A stretch of 64,000 nt of DNA from an uncultured delta proteobacterium. Lineage in GTDB: Bacteria; Desulfobacterota; Desulfobacteria; Desulfobacterales; B30-G6. The first letter of the stretch is position 1, and each line of letters opens with the position of its first letter. The stretch covers positions 128,001 through 192,000 of the forward strand of contig CAWGLD010000007.1 in NCBI GenBank assembly GCA_963823335.1. Reading direction: 5' to 3'. The notes under the pieces were generated by a model, which worked only from the letters and a program-made list of their open reading frames with translations, was not told where the DNA came from and ran no database searches. This document shows, one piece after another, positions 51,331-62,603 of the stretch. The position numbers and the translations under genes were made by a program.

Positions 51331-54323
51331 ATGAGGGCTCCAAATGATGCTTTCCAGGCTTTTTTAAGATCGGAAACAAGCAGGGCAACCATGGGTCTGC
51401 GATCCATATCCGCTATCTTCAGTTCAGGCGTCTCGGTAACACTGCCGATGCAGGCGCAGGGCAGATCCTTGAAAATCGTCTCAAAGGCGGTCTTGTTGTC
51501 CGGATCCACAGTTATGATAAATCGCCCTGCCGATTCCGAAAAGAGCAATGCATCGTTGCGACGACATCCTTGTTCAGGGACCGATTCCAGATTCAGATCC
51601 ATTCCCAGATTACCACCCATGGCCACCATGGCCAGATGCACCCCCAGGCCACCCCGATAGACACCATGGACAGAGGCCACCAGTTCCAGGTTTATGGCAT
51701 GTGCCACGGCATGGTAAAGTTTGAGAAACTGCCGGGGAGTCACCACCGGGATATTACAGCCGATATATCCCAGATGCGCATAATATTCTGAAGCCCCCAT
51801 TTCGTTGCGGGTGACACCAGCCACATAGACGAGATCACCAGGAACCTTGCTCTCCATGGTAACACACTTGTGTACGTCCTGGACAATGCCGGTGGCTGAA
51901 AACTGCAGTGTCTCCAGTGCCGAGACCTTGTGGGATTCACCGTAGCGGCCCGTCAGGTGACCATCCACGTACATGCTGTCTTTGCCGGACAGAAGCGGGA
52001 TTTCATATGCAAGGCACATGTCACGCAGGGCTCTGCAAGATCGAACCAGTTGTGCCGCCTTGAATTTGCCGTCCGGATTTTTCCGGGGATCGTACTGGAT
52101 ACTGGGCCAGCAAAAATTGTCAACCCCGCCGATATGATCCAATCCGGCACCCACGGCCACCAGACGGCGGACAGCCTCATCCATGGTGCAGGTGGTCATG
52201 TGGAAGGCATCGATGGCCGAATAGAACGGCAGGAGTGCCTGTGAAAAGGCCAGCCCCTTCCCGGATGTAAGCACCGGCCTGATAACACTCGCATCGCTGA
52301 CCATATCCCTTGCAGCACCCACCAGGGGCTTGATCACACTCGTTCCCTGAACCTCGTGGTCATATTGCCGGACAATCCATTCCTTCGAGGCAATGTTGGC
52401 ACGGGACAGCAGGTCCAGCAGGAGCCGGTTGAAATCCACGGGTGCGTCGAGGACCGGTTCATAGAGACCCCGCTGCTCCGGTGATGTCCATTCAGCGTCG
52501 AACTCCCACTGGGGAAAACCTGATTTCAACAAGTCCATATCCACGTAAGCACATGTTTTTCCATCATAAGTGATGTGGAGCCGGCCTGAATCGGTGTAGG
52601 TGCCGATAATGGTGCTTTCAACCGCATGCAGGGCCGACAGTTCGAGAAAACGATCGATATGTTCCGGCGCTACCGCCACCGTCATCCGCTCCTGTGATTC
52701 CGATATCCAGATCTCCCACTGGTCCAGCCCTTCATATTTCAAAGGAACTTTTTCAAGCTGGATGTGGCATCCATTGGAAAAGCGGGCGGTCTCACCCACC
52801 GACGAAGAGAGCCCGCCACCACCGTTGTCGGTAATAAACCGCATAAGTCCTTCATCCCGGGCTTCCAGGAGAAAATCGTGCATTTTTTTCTGGGTATAGG
52901 GATCACCGATCTGTACATGCCCGGCAGGCGTATTTTCAGAAAATGTTTCAGATGCCGCTGTAACACCATGAATGCCGTCCTTACCAACTCTCCCGCCGCT
53001 CATGACCACCAGGTCACCCGGTTCGATATCCTTTTCATGGGAAGGCTTGCCCTGCACCAATACCGGCATGATCCCCAATGCCGTTACAAAAACCAGGCAT
53101 TTCCCGATATATCCGGGGTGAAACGTGACCTGACCATAGGTCGTGGGAATACCGCTTTTATTACCCCCGTCCCGAACACCCTCGATCACACCGTCCAGGA
53201 GTCGCCTCGGGTGCAACCGTGGTTTGAGATCACCGTCATAATTGCGGGGCCCCACACAAAACCCGTAGCTGCCCATAATCAGCTTCGATCCTTTACCCGT
53301 CCCCATGGGGTCCCTGTAGATACCGACAATACCTGTAATGGCCCCGCCGTAGGCCTCCATGTTGGAGGGTGAATTATGCGTTTCTCCTGTAATGACATAG
53401 TGGTGCTCGTCGTCGAACTTCCCGGCACCGGCATTGTCCCAGAGCACCGACACCACCCATGGTTTCTGTGCCTTCAGTTGAAGTGTCGGTGCTTCGATGC
53501 ATGTTTTGAAAAGGCTGTCGATCAGATCTGTCTCACCGGTGGAAAGGTCGCTATACCGAAACAAACCCTGGAACGTATTGTGATTGCAATGGTCGCTGCG
53601 GGCCTGGGAAATGTATTCCAGTTCCAGGTCCGTAGGGTTGTGAAGTCCCTTTGCAGCGCGCTCTTTCTGATTTGCCTGCGTGAGAAAATAAGCTCGTATG
53701 GTGGGAATATCATTGGGGTTGAGGGCCAGATTTCTTTCATCACTCAAGCGCATAAGCGTTGCATCGCTGTCGATGGGGATGTCTGACACCGTGGGTCTGT
53801 GATCCAGGATGACTCTGGGTGTTATCATGCCGATGCCCAGGGCGGGATTCCAGGAATCTTTTGAATATATTATTCGTTGCTGGATAAGATCGTTCGCCAG
53901 GAGTTCTCCAGCGATTTTATCGGCCTCCTCGGGGAGCAGTCCTTGGCATCGAATGCAATAACGTCTGGAGGTATAGACCGCCTCGTTTTGGTCAAGGGAA
54001 ACACCCAGAACATCCCTGATGGCCTCAATGGCCGTGCTCCCGGGATTGTCTCTGACACCCGGCCGGTATCCCACCCAGATCATCCAGTCGAAAGTCATCG
54101 GCAATGGATCATAGGACGATATCTGCGTAACCGGGTTGGTGAAGATCTCTGTCTGAATGGTTTTGAGCTGTTCCGCCGACAATTCCGCGTCGATGGTAAG
54201 AATGTGGACAACCCGCACCTGCTGAAGCTGGATACCGAAATAATCTTCGGCCTTTTTGCGAATCCCCTCACCTTCAGCGTCGGGCATCTCGGGTTTAAGC
54301 GCAATCTCGAGTCTGTGGGGCAT
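51327..54323 (-). CDS. purL: FGAM synthase synthetase subunit with PurS-like N-terminus
   Basis: SDHC.H, ETHNSPS, GRVG.DGIHG, SESQERM, QYDHEV, SGKDS, FSES. Confidence 0.95.
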   Translation of the reverse strand: MPHRLEIALKPEMPDAEGEGIRKKAEDYFGIQLQQVRVVHILTIDAELSAEQLKTIQTEIFTNPVTQISSYDPLPMTFDWMIWVGYRPGVRDNPGSTAIEAIRDVLGVSLDQNEAVYTSRRYCIRCQGLLPEEADKIAGELLANDLIQQRIIYSKDSWNPALGIGMITPRVILDHRPTVSDIPIDSDATLMRLSDERNLALNPNDIPTIRAYFLTQANQKERAAKGLHNPTDLELEYISQARSDHCNHNTFQGLFRYSDLSTGETDLIDSLFKTCIEAPTLQLKAQKPWVVSVLWDNAGAGKFDDEHHYVITGETHNSPSNMEAYGGAITGIVGIYRDPMGTGKGSKLIMGSYGFCVGPRNYDGDLKPRLHPRRLLDGVIEGVRDGGNKSGIPTTYGQVTFHPGYIGKCLVFVTALGIMPVLVQGKPSHEKDIEPGDLVVMSGGRVGKDGIHGVTAASETFSENTPAGHVQIGDPYTQKKMHDFLLEARDEGLMRFITDNGGGGLSSSVGETARFSNGCHIQLEKVPLKYEGLDQWEIWISESQERMTVAVAPEHIDRFLELSALHAVESTIIGTYTDSGRLHITYDGKTCAYVDMDLLKSGFPQWEFDAEWTSPEQRGLYEPVLDAPVDFNRLLLDLLSRANIASKEWIVRQYDHEVQGTSVIKPLVGAARDMVSDASVIRPVLTSGKGLAFSQALLPFYSAIDAFHMTTCTMDEAVRRLVAVGAGLDHIGGVDNFCWPSIQYDPRKNPDGKFKAAQLVRSCRALRDMCLAYEIPLLSGKDSMYVDGHLTGRYGESHKVSALETLQFSATGIVQDVHKCVTMESKVPGDLVYVAGVTRNEMGASEYYAHLGYIGCNIPVVTPRQFLKLYHAVAHAINLELVASVHGVYRGGLGVHLAMVAMGGNLGMDLNLESVPEQGCRRNDALLFSESAGRFIITVDPDNKTAFETIFKDLPCACIGSVTETPELKIADMDRRPMVALLVSDLKKAWKASFGALI

Positions 54324-54335
54324 TACTTACCATCC

Positions 54336-54659
54336 TTATTTGAAGACTGAAAAAACGGAGCCTTTAACCTTGCGGAAAACACTCTTTTCGCCTTCAAGCA
54401 ACTTCTCCATTTCCCCCGGGTCAAGATGAACTGCGCCGCATCCTTTATTAACGCATAAGTCGATCTTGACATTTTTTAGGTCCACTTCCACCAGGCTGTG
54501 GGTGCCGCATCTAAAGCAGTGGTTCTTGTGAGCGCTGCTATAGGCGTTATTGGCCTCTTTTAAGGCCGCTGCCCGGCATTTCTCAATTAGCTTCCGGTCT
54601 TGATCCTGAAAGTAAAAATCTTCTCCCTTGGGTTTAATAACATTGCGTTCATCTTTCAT
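54336..54659 (-). CDS. Small zinc-ribbon (zf-TFIIB-like) protein
   Basis: C..C...IDLC...GC.AVHLD.GE; AGGAGG RBS. Confidence 0.75.
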   Translation of the reverse strand: MKDERNVIKPKGEDFYFQDQDRKLIEKCRAAALKEANNAYSSAHKNHCFRCGTHSLVEVDLKNVKIDLCVNKGCGAVHLDPGEMEKLLEGEKSVFRKVKGSVFSVFK

Positions 54660-54742
54660 GGCCCACCTCCTTTGGTCAGTTTTGTTTTATTCCTTTGGGT
54701 CTATCGATATTGCCAAATGTGACGTATTGGAAATTTGCTATC

Positions 54743-54843
54743 CTGAACCGAAAAATCGAGCGCATTCCCCGTGGCTTGCCGCGGGGAATACGAGCGAATC
54801 TAAATTAGACAGAATTCCTTACGGTCGCTGCGAGGTTCTTCAA
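54743..54843 (+). mobile_element. Family C IS200/IS605-like mini-element
   Basis: TGAA|CCG...ATTCCCCGTGGCTTGCCGCGGGGAAT hairpin...GCTGCGAGGTTCTTCAA. Confidence 0.7.
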
Positions 54844-54874
54844 TATCAAAAACAAATGCAAAATGAAATATCCA

Positions 54875-54917
54875 AATAAAATCGCTGCGCGATTTCATAT
54901 GACGCGGCGTTGTCGCT
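54875..54917. repeat. Family E repeat, diverged copy
   Basis: AAATCG-N5-CGATTT...GCGGCGTTGTCGCT. Confidence 0.65.
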
Positions 54918-55019
54918 TTTATGGCGACACTTGTCTTTCGAGCAGCATTTGCGCTTCGCGCATAATTTTAATTTGTTGTTGTTAAACATCAATGTCATTA
55001 ACTTAACGGCAATAGATAC

Positions 55020-55146
55020 TAATTCGGATATTTTGACGTGCGCTTGCTGTAGCCGCAAGGCGCCGGACCATGAAGCTGTAGTTTGCTACCGCGAATGGTC
55101 CGTAACACAGCGGATACAGTGAGCTCGCTTCAAAATAACCGGGTTA
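55020..55146. mobile_element. Family B hairpin at the rseP stop
   Basis: TAATTCGGATATTTTGA...TCAAAATAACCGGGTTA; CAAGGCG at 55056, AACACAG at 55104. Confidence 0.75.
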
Positions 55147-56211
55147 GCTGGTGAATATACGCGTAATGTCATTGTAAAATACAAAGATCATCAACATGAT
55201 CAAGATAAAAATGCCGGCCTGCTGGGCAACCTCGCGTGTGCGGATGTTCACCGGCCTGCCGATGATGAGTTCTATGAGGAAAAAGAGGATGTGCCCGCCA
55301 TCCAGTACCGGAATGGGCAGGAAGTTGATGATAGCCAGATTGATACTGAGCAGAGCAATCAGAAAAACGAAATTCACGGCGCCTTCCCTGGCCTGCTGAC
55401 CCGCGAGTTCCGCAATCATGATGGGGCCGCCGATGGTCTTGGTGGAGATTTTTCCCTTGATAAGCTTGGCAATGCTGACAACGGTCAGTTCTGCAATGCT
55501 GTAGGTTTGCCGGACACTTTCGATCACTGCCTCGCCAATGCCGAGCTTGCGGTTCTCCACATCTCCTGCCGATGCCACACCAATGAAATATCGCTGGATG
55601 TCTTCACCGAACAGGTTTTTTGTTTCTTTGGCAATCGGTTTGATTTCAAGGGTGATCACTTCATCCAGCCGTTGAATCGAAAATATAAGGGGTCGGCCAT
55701 TGCTGGCAGTAATGCCGTCCGCCATCTCTTCCCAGGTGGAAATCGCCTGCCCATCGATGGCCTTGATGATGTCTCCCTTTTGCAGACCGCTTTCATGCGC
55801 CGGCATATTTTCCTGAACATCTCCAATGGTGGGCCGAAGGATATAGGTTCCTGATAAAAGGAAAATACCGAGAAAGATCAGTATCGCCAGCAGAATATTG
55901 AAAAGAGGTCCAGCAGCAACGATGAGCAGTTTTTTCAAAACATGTTTATGGGTAAATGAAAGGGGAATTTCTTCGGGATCCATTTCCACGGCAGGGTCCT
56001 CACCGACCATCTTCACGTAGCCCCCCAGGGGAATAGCGGATACACGGTAATCCGTAATACCGGCTTTCCAGCCGAATATTCGAGGACCGAATCCAAGAGA
56101 AAACTTTTCAACCCCCACACCGAACATTCGTGCAAACAGAAAATGTCCCAATTCATGAAAAAAAATCAAGACACCCAGCACGACAATAAATGCAAGTATA
56201 CTGGTTCCCAT
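55144..56211 (-). CDS. rseP: RIP metalloprotease RseP
   Basis: HELGH, IPLGGYVKM, PDZ domain, N.LPIP.LDGG. Confidence 0.96.
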   Translation of the reverse strand: MGTSILAFIVVLGVLIFFHELGHFLFARMFGVGVEKFSLGFGPRIFGWKAGITDYRVSAIPLGGYVKMVGEDPAVEMDPEEIPLSFTHKHVLKKLLIVAAGPLFNILLAILIFLGIFLLSGTYILRPTIGDVQENMPAHESGLQKGDIIKAIDGQAISTWEEMADGITASNGRPLIFSIQRLDEVITLEIKPIAKETKNLFGEDIQRYFIGVASAGDVENRKLGIGEAVIESVRQTYSIAELTVVSIAKLIKGKISTKTIGGPIMIAELAGQQAREGAVNFVFLIALLSINLAIINFLPIPVLDGGHILFFLIELIIGRPVNIRTREVAQQAGIFILIMLMIFVFYNDITRIFTS

Positions 56212-56381
56212 AATTTGGCTCTTTAAAAATAATTTGTTCCCGGGTTCATAAGGTCCCGGCGCTGATTAAACCCTGTCAACTACGCTGTCGAATATATTCA
56301 GTCGTAGTAAATCCCAAATTAGAATCTAAATAATAAGAATGATGTTGGGGTCCGTCAACCTCGGCAGATGGATTGAAGAAA

Positions 56382-57557
56382 TCAATCGCTTTCTGATCCG
56401 GTTTCGATCAATCGGGAGGCTTCTATTCTAGCCCCCTGGTCCGCAATCAAAATATCATCCAAGGATGGCGCCGGCTGATTGGTATGATTCGCCAGGGTCT
56501 GTTCGATGACAAGCGGGATCCGGTCAAACGACAGTCGGCGCTTCAAAAAAGCATGTACAGCCACCTCGTTGGCTGCATTCAAAACAGCCGGCAGGGTCCC
56601 GCCTGTCTTGCCGGCTTTCATGGCCAGCCCCAAACATGAAAATTTTCCCATATCCGGCTCCTCGAAGGTAAAGGAACCGATTTCGGCGAAATCAGGCAAT
56701 GGCTGCGCCAGGGGCAGTCGTTCTGGAAATGACAAGGCAAAAGCGATGGCAACTTTCATATCGGGTATGCCGAGTTGGGCGAGAATAGAGCCGTCCTGAA
56801 ATGAAACCATGGAGTGAATAATGCTTTGAGGGTGTACGACAACCCGAATCCTGTCCATCTCCACATTAAAAAGATGTCTGGCCTCGATGACCTCCAGCCC
56901 CTTGTTCATGAGTGTGGCTGAATCGACAGTGATTTTGGGTCCCATCTGCCAGTTGGGGTGGTTCAGAGCGGCATCGGGGCTGACATCCGAAAACGATTGG
57001 GCCGGCATGTTCAGGAAAGGGCCGCCTGAGGCCGTTATCAGCAGCACATCCAGATCGGATGCCCGCTGTCCCATCAGGCACTGAAATATGGCGCTATGCT
57101 CGCTGTCCACCGGAATGATGTCCACCCCTTTTTTTTGGGCAAGCTGCATGACCAGTTCACCTGCCATGACCAGTGTTTCCTTGTTGGCCAGGGCGATGTC
57201 CTTACCTGCCTCTATGGCTGCGATGGTCGGCATCAAGCCGGCTGCACCCACAATCGCCGTCAGGACCATGTCGGATGTTTCATAAGCTGCTGCGGTTTGA
57301 TATCCGGACTCACCATACACGATGTTGACACCCATCCCCTTGGACAGCACACGTTCCAGGTCCGCTGCCCCTGTCTCGTCGAATACGGCTACCAATTCAG
57401 GTCGAAATTGTTCGATCTGTTCGGCCAGTTTGGAAATATTTTGTCCGGCGGTTAGAACCTTTGCGCTAAAACGTTCAGGAAATTGTGCCACAATCTTGAG
57501 AGCGTTGGTGCCAATGGATCCGGTTGAACCGAGAATAGTGAGGTTTTTCATATACAT
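56382..57557 (-). CDS. dxr: 1-deoxy-D-xylulose-5-phosphate reductoisomerase
   Basis: LGSTGSIG, LANKE, PVDSEH, MNKGLE. Confidence 0.98.
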   Translation of the reverse strand: MYMKNLTILGSTGSIGTNALKIVAQFPERFSAKVLTAGQNISKLAEQIEQFRPELVAVFDETGAADLERVLSKGMGVNIVYGESGYQTAAAYETSDMVLTAIVGAAGLMPTIAAIEAGKDIALANKETLVMAGELVMQLAQKKGVDIIPVDSEHSAIFQCLMGQRASDLDVLLITASGGPFLNMPAQSFSDVSPDAALNHPNWQMGPKITVDSATLMNKGLEVIEARHLFNVEMDRIRVVVHPQSIIHSMVSFQDGSILAQLGIPDMKVAIAFALSFPERLPLAQPLPDFAEIGSFTFEEPDMGKFSCLGLAMKAGKTGGTLPAVLNAANEVAVHAFLKRRLSFDRIPLVIEQTLANHTNQPAPSLDDILIADQGARIEASRLIETGSESD

Positions 57558-57560
57558 CTC

Positions 57561-58373
57561 TTAAAACAGATACATCTTGAACAGATAAGCCACGGGCGCT
57601 GCAAACATCGTTGCATCGGCTCGATCCAATATTCCGCCATGACCTGGTAAAATCCCGCCTGAATCCTTGATATGGGCCACACGCTTGAGTCCGGATTCAA
57701 ACAGATCGCCCATCTGACCCATGATGCCCAGTGAAATAAAAAAAAGAAAACTGATTCCCCAGGGCAATTCGGGCAGAAGCAAGAATTTGAAACAGACACC
57801 GATAAGGATGTTGACGACGATACCGCCAAGAGATCCTTCAATGGTTTTTTTCGGGCTCACCGCCGGATTCAGTTTGTGCTTTCCAAAAAATGTACCGGCG
57901 TAAAGCGCACCGACATCTCCTGCAAACACAATTGCCAGTATCAAAATAATCCATTTTGCGCCTTCCATTTGCTCACCATCCCGAATCAGGATCAGGTAAG
58001 AAAGCAGCACCGGGACATAAATGATACCAAACACCGTCTTTTTGGCTGTCTCATAGACGTGACGATTTTTTTTATACAGGAAGACCGACAGCAGCGCGGT
58101 AACGATAAAATACAGGGAGAATATATGAAACATGAGTTCGGCAGCATGATAATGAGCTGCCCATGCGATCATTGGGATGAACAGGTAACCGGTCAGAACG
58201 ATAAGATTCCTGGCACTCTCACGACTGTCACTGAAAACCACACGGGTATATTCCCAGAAGCCCATCATTGCCAGGAGTCCGATAAATGCCGAGAAAATAA
58301 CACCGCCCTTGATGATGATGTAAATCAGAAAGGGTAATGCAACAAGACCTGTAATCCAGCGTTTTAGATGCAT
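57561..58373 (-). CDS. cdsA: Phosphatidate cytidylyltransferase
   Basis: SPKKT.EG, GDL.ES..KR...IKDSG..LPGHGG.LDR. Confidence 0.95.
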   Translation of the reverse strand: MHLKRWITGLVALPFLIYIIIKGGVIFSAFIGLLAMMGFWEYTRVVFSDSRESARNLIVLTGYLFIPMIAWAAHYHAAELMFHIFSLYFIVTALLSVFLYKKNRHVYETAKKTVFGIIYVPVLLSYLILIRDGEQMEGAKWIILILAIVFAGDVGALYAGTFFGKHKLNPAVSPKKTIEGSLGGIVVNILIGVCFKFLLLPELPWGISFLFFISLGIMGQMGDLFESGLKRVAHIKDSGGILPGHGGILDRADATMFAAPVAYLFKMYLF

Positions 58374-58423
58374 GGCATTGGTGATGGTGTCGCAAAAAGC
58401 CATAAAATCTGTCTTTTTACGAG

Positions 58424-58555
58424 AGTGTTTTGTGTTTGGTGTTTTGTGCTTGACAGTATAATAACTTTGAACCAAAAAAGCGAGCGCATTCCCCGTAGGT
58501 TTTTCAATATCAGACCATATTTCATAACAGACTAAATACTAAACACAAAATACAA
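58424..58555. repeat. Family G heptamer inverted arms enclosing a short family C element (58467-58507)
   Basis: GTGTTTTGTGTTTGGTGTTTTGTG ... TAAATACTAAACACAAAATACAA. Confidence 0.65.
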
Positions 58556-58570
58556 TTTCCCACAAGTGAT

Positions 58571-59323
58571 TTACGTCTGATTAATTCGGCCGAATCTGCG
58601 TTCGCGGCTCTGGAAATCACCCAGTATGGCCATGAACTCTTCTCGTGAAAATTCCGGCCAGAGGGTATCCGTAACAAAAATCTCTGCGTAAGCGATCTGC
58701 CACAACAGAAAATTACTGATCCGCATGTCACCGCCGGTCCTGATGAGCAGATCCGGGTCACACATCCCCCGGGTGTATAAATTATCGGATACGATATCGG
58801 GGGTGATGGCGGAGGGATCCAATTGACCGTTTTTTACACGGACTGCAACCTGTTTCACCATCTCAACGATCTCGGCTCTGCCGCCATAACTGAGTGCCAG
58901 ATTCAGTGTCAGTCCCGTGTTCGATGCCGTCATTTCCATATTCCGCTGCAGCACGCTGCGGACGCCTTTCGGAATTCGGTGTATCTGTCCGATGGCATTT
59001 AAGCGAACGTTGTTTTGATGCATCTCCATTGCTTCGGACTTCAAAAAGCGCTTTAGGAGATCCATCAGGGCAGCAACTTCTGTTTTGGGCCGTTGCCAGT
59101 TCTCTGTCGAGAAAGCGTAAAGCGTCAGAATATTGATGCCGATTTCACAGCAGGTACGAACAATCCTTCTGACAGCATCAGCTCCTTTTTCATGTCCGTT
59201 GATGCGGTTCATCAAACGCTGTTTGGCCCAGCGTCCGTTTCCATCCATGATGATGGCGATATGAGAAGGAAGCGTTGAAAGGTCAGGATCACCAGGGCCG
59301 GGGTGAGCAATATTAGAATTCAA
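58571..59323 (-). CDS. uppS: Undecaprenyl diphosphate synthase
   Basis: HIAIIMDGNGRWA, FSTENW.RP, R.SNFLLWQ; probable TTG start overlapping the frr stop. Confidence 0.95.
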   Translation of the reverse strand: MNSNIAHPGPGDPDLSTLPSHIAIIMDGNGRWAKQRLMNRINGHEKGADAVRRIVRTCCEIGINILTLYAFSTENWQRPKTEVAALMDLLKRFLKSEAMEMHQNNVRLNAIGQIHRIPKGVRSVLQRNMEMTASNTGLTLNLALSYGGRAEIVEMVKQVAVRVKNGQLDPSAITPDIVSDNLYTRGMCDPDLLIRTGGDMRISNFLLWQIAYAEIFVTDTLWPEFSREEFMAILGDFQSRERRFGRINQT

Positions 59324-59870
59324 GAATTTCTTTCTCTTTTTCTTTGTAAATAACATCTACCTGCTTGATGTGGTCATCCGTTATTTCTTGAATTTGATCC
59401 TGACCCTTGAAGAATTCGTCTTCTGATATATCGCCTTCCTTCTTGAAACCTTTGATAAGCTCGTTGGAATCCCGTCGAATGTTGCGCATGGCGATCTTGT
59501 GCTCTTCACACACTTTGTGAATTACCTTGACCAGTTCCTTGCGTCTCTCCTCGGTGAGGGGCGGAATGGATATCCGGATGATCTTACCATCGCTCGAAGG
59601 CGTGAGGCCCAGATCTGACTTCAATAATGCCTTTTCAATTTCCTTGATAACCGATACATCCCAGGGTTGAATGGTAATCAGACGACTCTCAGGAACAGAC
59701 ATTGTGGCCATCTGGTTGAGAGGCGTCAGTGTCCCGTAATAGTCTACCCGGATACCATCCAGCAGGGACAATGAAGCTCGACCTGTCCGAACGCGTTTCA
59801 ACTCATTTTTCAATGCAGCAATGGTTTTCCCCATCCGCTCCGTTGTTTCCTGATAAATGTCATCCAGCAT
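59313..59870 (-). CDS. frr: Ribosome recycling factor
   Basis: RTGRAS, VDYYG, PPLTEERRKEL. Confidence 0.98.
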   Translation of the reverse strand: MLDDIYQETTERMGKTIAALKNELKRVRTGRASLSLLDGIRVDYYGTLTPLNQMATMSVPESRLITIQPWDVSVIKEIEKALLKSDLGLTPSSDGKIIRISIPPLTEERRKELVKVIHKVCEEHKIAMRNIRRDSNELIKGFKKEGDISEDEFFKGQDQIQEITDDHIKQVDVIYKEKEKEILEF

Positions 59871-59890
59871 CGGGTTTTTCCTTTTTGGGT

Positions 59891-60036
59891 TAGTGCCCAC
59901 CCACAGATGTGGGGCTTTGCGTGAGTTCAAGGCGGGCGTCAGATTTGAACCACAGGAATAGCGAGCTATTTTGAGAGATCAAATCATGGCGCCCAACGCA
60001 TAAATCGTGCAAAAGAGCCATTTGCGGGTGGCACTA
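59891..60036. mobile_element. Family B hairpin at the pyrH stop
   Basis: TAGTGCC...GGCACTA; CAAGGCG at 59928, AACGCAT at 59995. Confidence 0.78.
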
Positions 60037-60750
60037 ATTATGAATATAAGTGCCTATGGCCTCACCGCAACCAACACGTTTGATATTACCTTTTTTCTTC
60101 AGGTTGAACACCACCAGAGGCAGATGGTTGTCCATGGCCAGTGAGATGGCCGTCATATCCATAACTTTCAATTGCTTTTCAATGACTTCCATGTAGGTAA
60201 TATCGTCGAAACGTTTAGCATCCGGGTTGTTAACCGGATCGGCATCATAGAGCCCGTCCACCTTGGTTGCCTTGAAAAGGATCTCGGCATGAATCTCCTG
60301 GGCCCTCAGAACTGCGGCTGTATCGGTGGTAAAATACGGGTTGCCGGTCCCGGCTGCAAAAATAACAACACGGCCTTTTTCCAGATGTCGGGCAGCCCTT
60401 CTGCGAATATATGGCTCGGCGACTTCGTGCATGGAGATAGCTGTCTGAACGCGGGTTTGTATGCCCCTCTTTTCCAGTGCGTCCTGTATGGCAAGACTGT
60501 TCATGATTGTCGCCAGCATCCCCATGTGATCCGCCGAGGTTCGCTCCATGCCGTGAGAGCTTGCTGCAACACCCCTGAAAATGTTGCCACCACCAACAAC
60601 GACAGCCAGTTCGACACCCAGTTCATATATAGACTGAATCTCTCCAGCGACATAGCCCAGCATTTCCTGACTGATACCGAATGCCTGATCTCCCATGAGG
60701 GCCTCACCACTCAGTTTTAGCAACACTCTCTGGTACTTGGCGCCGGGCAT
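60034..60750 (-). CDS. pyrH: UMP kinase
   Basis: [26 protein letters not shown]. Confidence 0.98.
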   Translation of the reverse strand: MPGAKYQRVLLKLSGEALMGDQAFGISQEMLGYVAGEIQSIYELGVELAVVVGGGNIFRGVAASSHGMERTSADHMGMLATIMNSLAIQDALEKRGIQTRVQTAISMHEVAEPYIRRRAARHLEKGRVVIFAAGTGNPYFTTDTAAVLRAQEIHAEILFKATKVDGLYDADPVNNPDAKRFDDITYMEVIEKQLKVMDMTAISLAMDNHLPLVVFNLKKKGNIKRVGCGEAIGTYIHN

Positions 60751-60753
60751 TGG

Positions 60754-61350
60754 TTAATCCCCTATCTGGAATCGTGCAAACCGCCGGATATTGATCTTTT
60801 CACCGGTTTTGGCGATCACGTCGTTCAGGTAGTCCTGGATGGTCATGTTGGGGTCCCGAACATAGACCTGATTCATGAGACAGCTTTCCTTGAAAAATTT
60901 AATGAGCTTGCCTTCTGCGATTTTATCGACCATCTTTTCAGGCTTTCCCATCTCCAGCGCCTGGGCACGATAGATTTCTTTTTCTTTTTCGATAAGCTCA
61001 GGAGACACGTCCTCCGGAAGAATACCCACGGGGTTGGTGGCGGCGATATGCATGGCGATGTTCTTTACAAACTCCATAAAGTCATCAGTCTTGGCTACAA
61101 AATCGGTTTCACAGTTGACCTCCACCAGAACACCAATTTTGCCTCCCATATGGATATAGGCCTGCACGGCACCTTCCTTGGTAGCTCTTCCAGCTCTTTT
61201 CTGCGCGGTTGCCAGGCCTTTTTTGCGTAAATATTCAATCGACTTTTCAATATCACCGCTACACTCCGCCAATGCGTGTTTACAGTCCATGATGCCTGCC
61301 CCGGATTTTTCACGGAGCTGTTTAACCATTGCTGCACTAATCTCTGACAT
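60754..61350 (-). CDS. tsf: Elongation factor Ts (short form)
   Basis: VK.LRE.SGAG.MDCK, EVNCETDFVA. Confidence 0.98.
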   Translation of the reverse strand: MSEISAAMVKQLREKSGAGIMDCKHALAECSGDIEKSIEYLRKKGLATAQKRAGRATKEGAVQAYIHMGGKIGVLVEVNCETDFVAKTDDFMEFVKNIAMHIAATNPVGILPEDVSPELIEKEKEIYRAQALEMGKPEKMVDKIAEGKLIKFFKESCLMNQVYVRDPNMTIQDYLNDVIAKTGEKINIRRFARFQIGD

Positions 61351-61352
61351 AT

Positions 61353-62258
61353 CTATTCTCCTGTATCTTCAGCTTTCGCCTCTTCTACTGTGGATGCTTC
61401 GGCCTCTGGTTCCGACGGCGTTTCCTCTTTGGTGGATCGGCGGATAATTTCTACGACAGGCCCCTTGGTACCATCTGAAATAACTTTTCTCTCTCCCGGT
61501 TTCAGATCATCAGCTGTATCGACCGTAAGATCTTTTTCGATTTTCTTGTCTGAGGCTGCCTGTTTCTTTTCCTCATAAAGCTCCCTGCCCTCGATACAGG
61601 CATCGGAAATTCTGGAGGAGACCAATCGGATGGCCCTGATGGCATCATCGTTTCCAGGAATAATGAAATCGATATCATCCGGATCACAATTGGTATCCAC
61701 TATCGCCACAATGGGAATGCCCAAACGCCGGCCTTCACGGACCGCAATTGCCTCGTTTTTCGGATCGATAATAAACATAGCCCCGGGAAGTTTTGTCATG
61801 TTGCGGATCCCTCCCAGGGTGTTATCGAGTTTGACACGCTCCTTACCGAGTTTCAGTCTCTCCTTTTTTGGAAACAGTTCGATGGACCCGTCATTTTCTA
61901 TGGTGTTCAGATGGTTGAGCCGATCGATACTCTGCTTGATGGTCTTGAAGTTGGTCAGCATGCCGCCAAGCCATCGGTTGTGCACATAAAACATTTCACA
62001 TCGATTGGATTCTTCGTAAACAGATTCCCGGGCCTGTTTTTTTGTTCCGACAAATAACACCGACTCTCCTCTTGCAACGGTATCCACTATGAAGTCGTAG
62101 ACCGTCCTGAACATCCGGACAGTCTTCTGCAGATCGATAATATAAATGCCGTTTCTTGCCCCGAAGATATAGGGTTTCATCTTTGGATTCCATCGTTTGG
62201 TCTGATGACCGAAATGAACGCCGGCCTCCAGGAGTTCCTTCATCGTAATGTACGCCAT
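61353..62258 (-). CDS. rpsB: 30S ribosomal protein S2
   Basis: [32 protein letters not shown]. Confidence 0.98.
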   Translation of the reverse strand: MAYITMKELLEAGVHFGHQTKRWNPKMKPYIFGARNGIYIIDLQKTVRMFRTVYDFIVDTVARGESVLFVGTKKQARESVYEESNRCEMFYVHNRWLGGMLTNFKTIKQSIDRLNHLNTIENDGSIELFPKKERLKLGKERVKLDNTLGGIRNMTKLPGAMFIIDPKNEAIAVREGRRLGIPIVAIVDTNCDPDDIDFIIPGNDDAIRAIRLVSSRISDACIEGRELYEEKKQAASDKKIEKDLTVDTADDLKPGERKVISDGTKGPVVEIIRRSTKEETPSEPEAEASTVEEAKAEDTGE

Positions 62259-62434
62259 GTCTTTCTCCTTTTCTCTTGGTTTTTCCTTGCGCTTTTATCC
62301 TCCCGGCTTCCGACTTCAATGGAAAAATTTCCATCTGAAGCACCAGGAAACAGGTCCAAAAGCGTGTGGTATTTGTGCGTTATTCTTAAACAGTGATTTG
62401 TAACAAATTCAATATTGGGATGCAACCTTTTTTT

Positions 62435-62554
62435 GCACTCTTGGGTGTCATTTATCCTTATGGACGTCATTAGCGCTTCGTGCGACACTTCGCCTTCGGC
62501 GGTAATTTATGGTCATTAGTCCTTCGGGCGTTATTAGCGTTTTGCGCGTAATTT
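62435..62554 (-). repeat. Family H mini-hairpin array
   Basis: Minus-strand units such as TAATAAC-GCCC-GAA-GGAC and AAGTGTC-GCAC-GAA-GCGC. Confidence 0.7.
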
Positions 62555-62603
62555 ATTGCTGCCAAGAGCCGATAGCTTTCGGCCCCCCTCCAACCCTTGT
62601 TTT

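Noticed and set aside
58450-58462. TTGACA-G-TATAAT promoter boxes
   Set aside because: A 1-bp spacing cannot form a sigma70 promoter, and it is antisense to the operon
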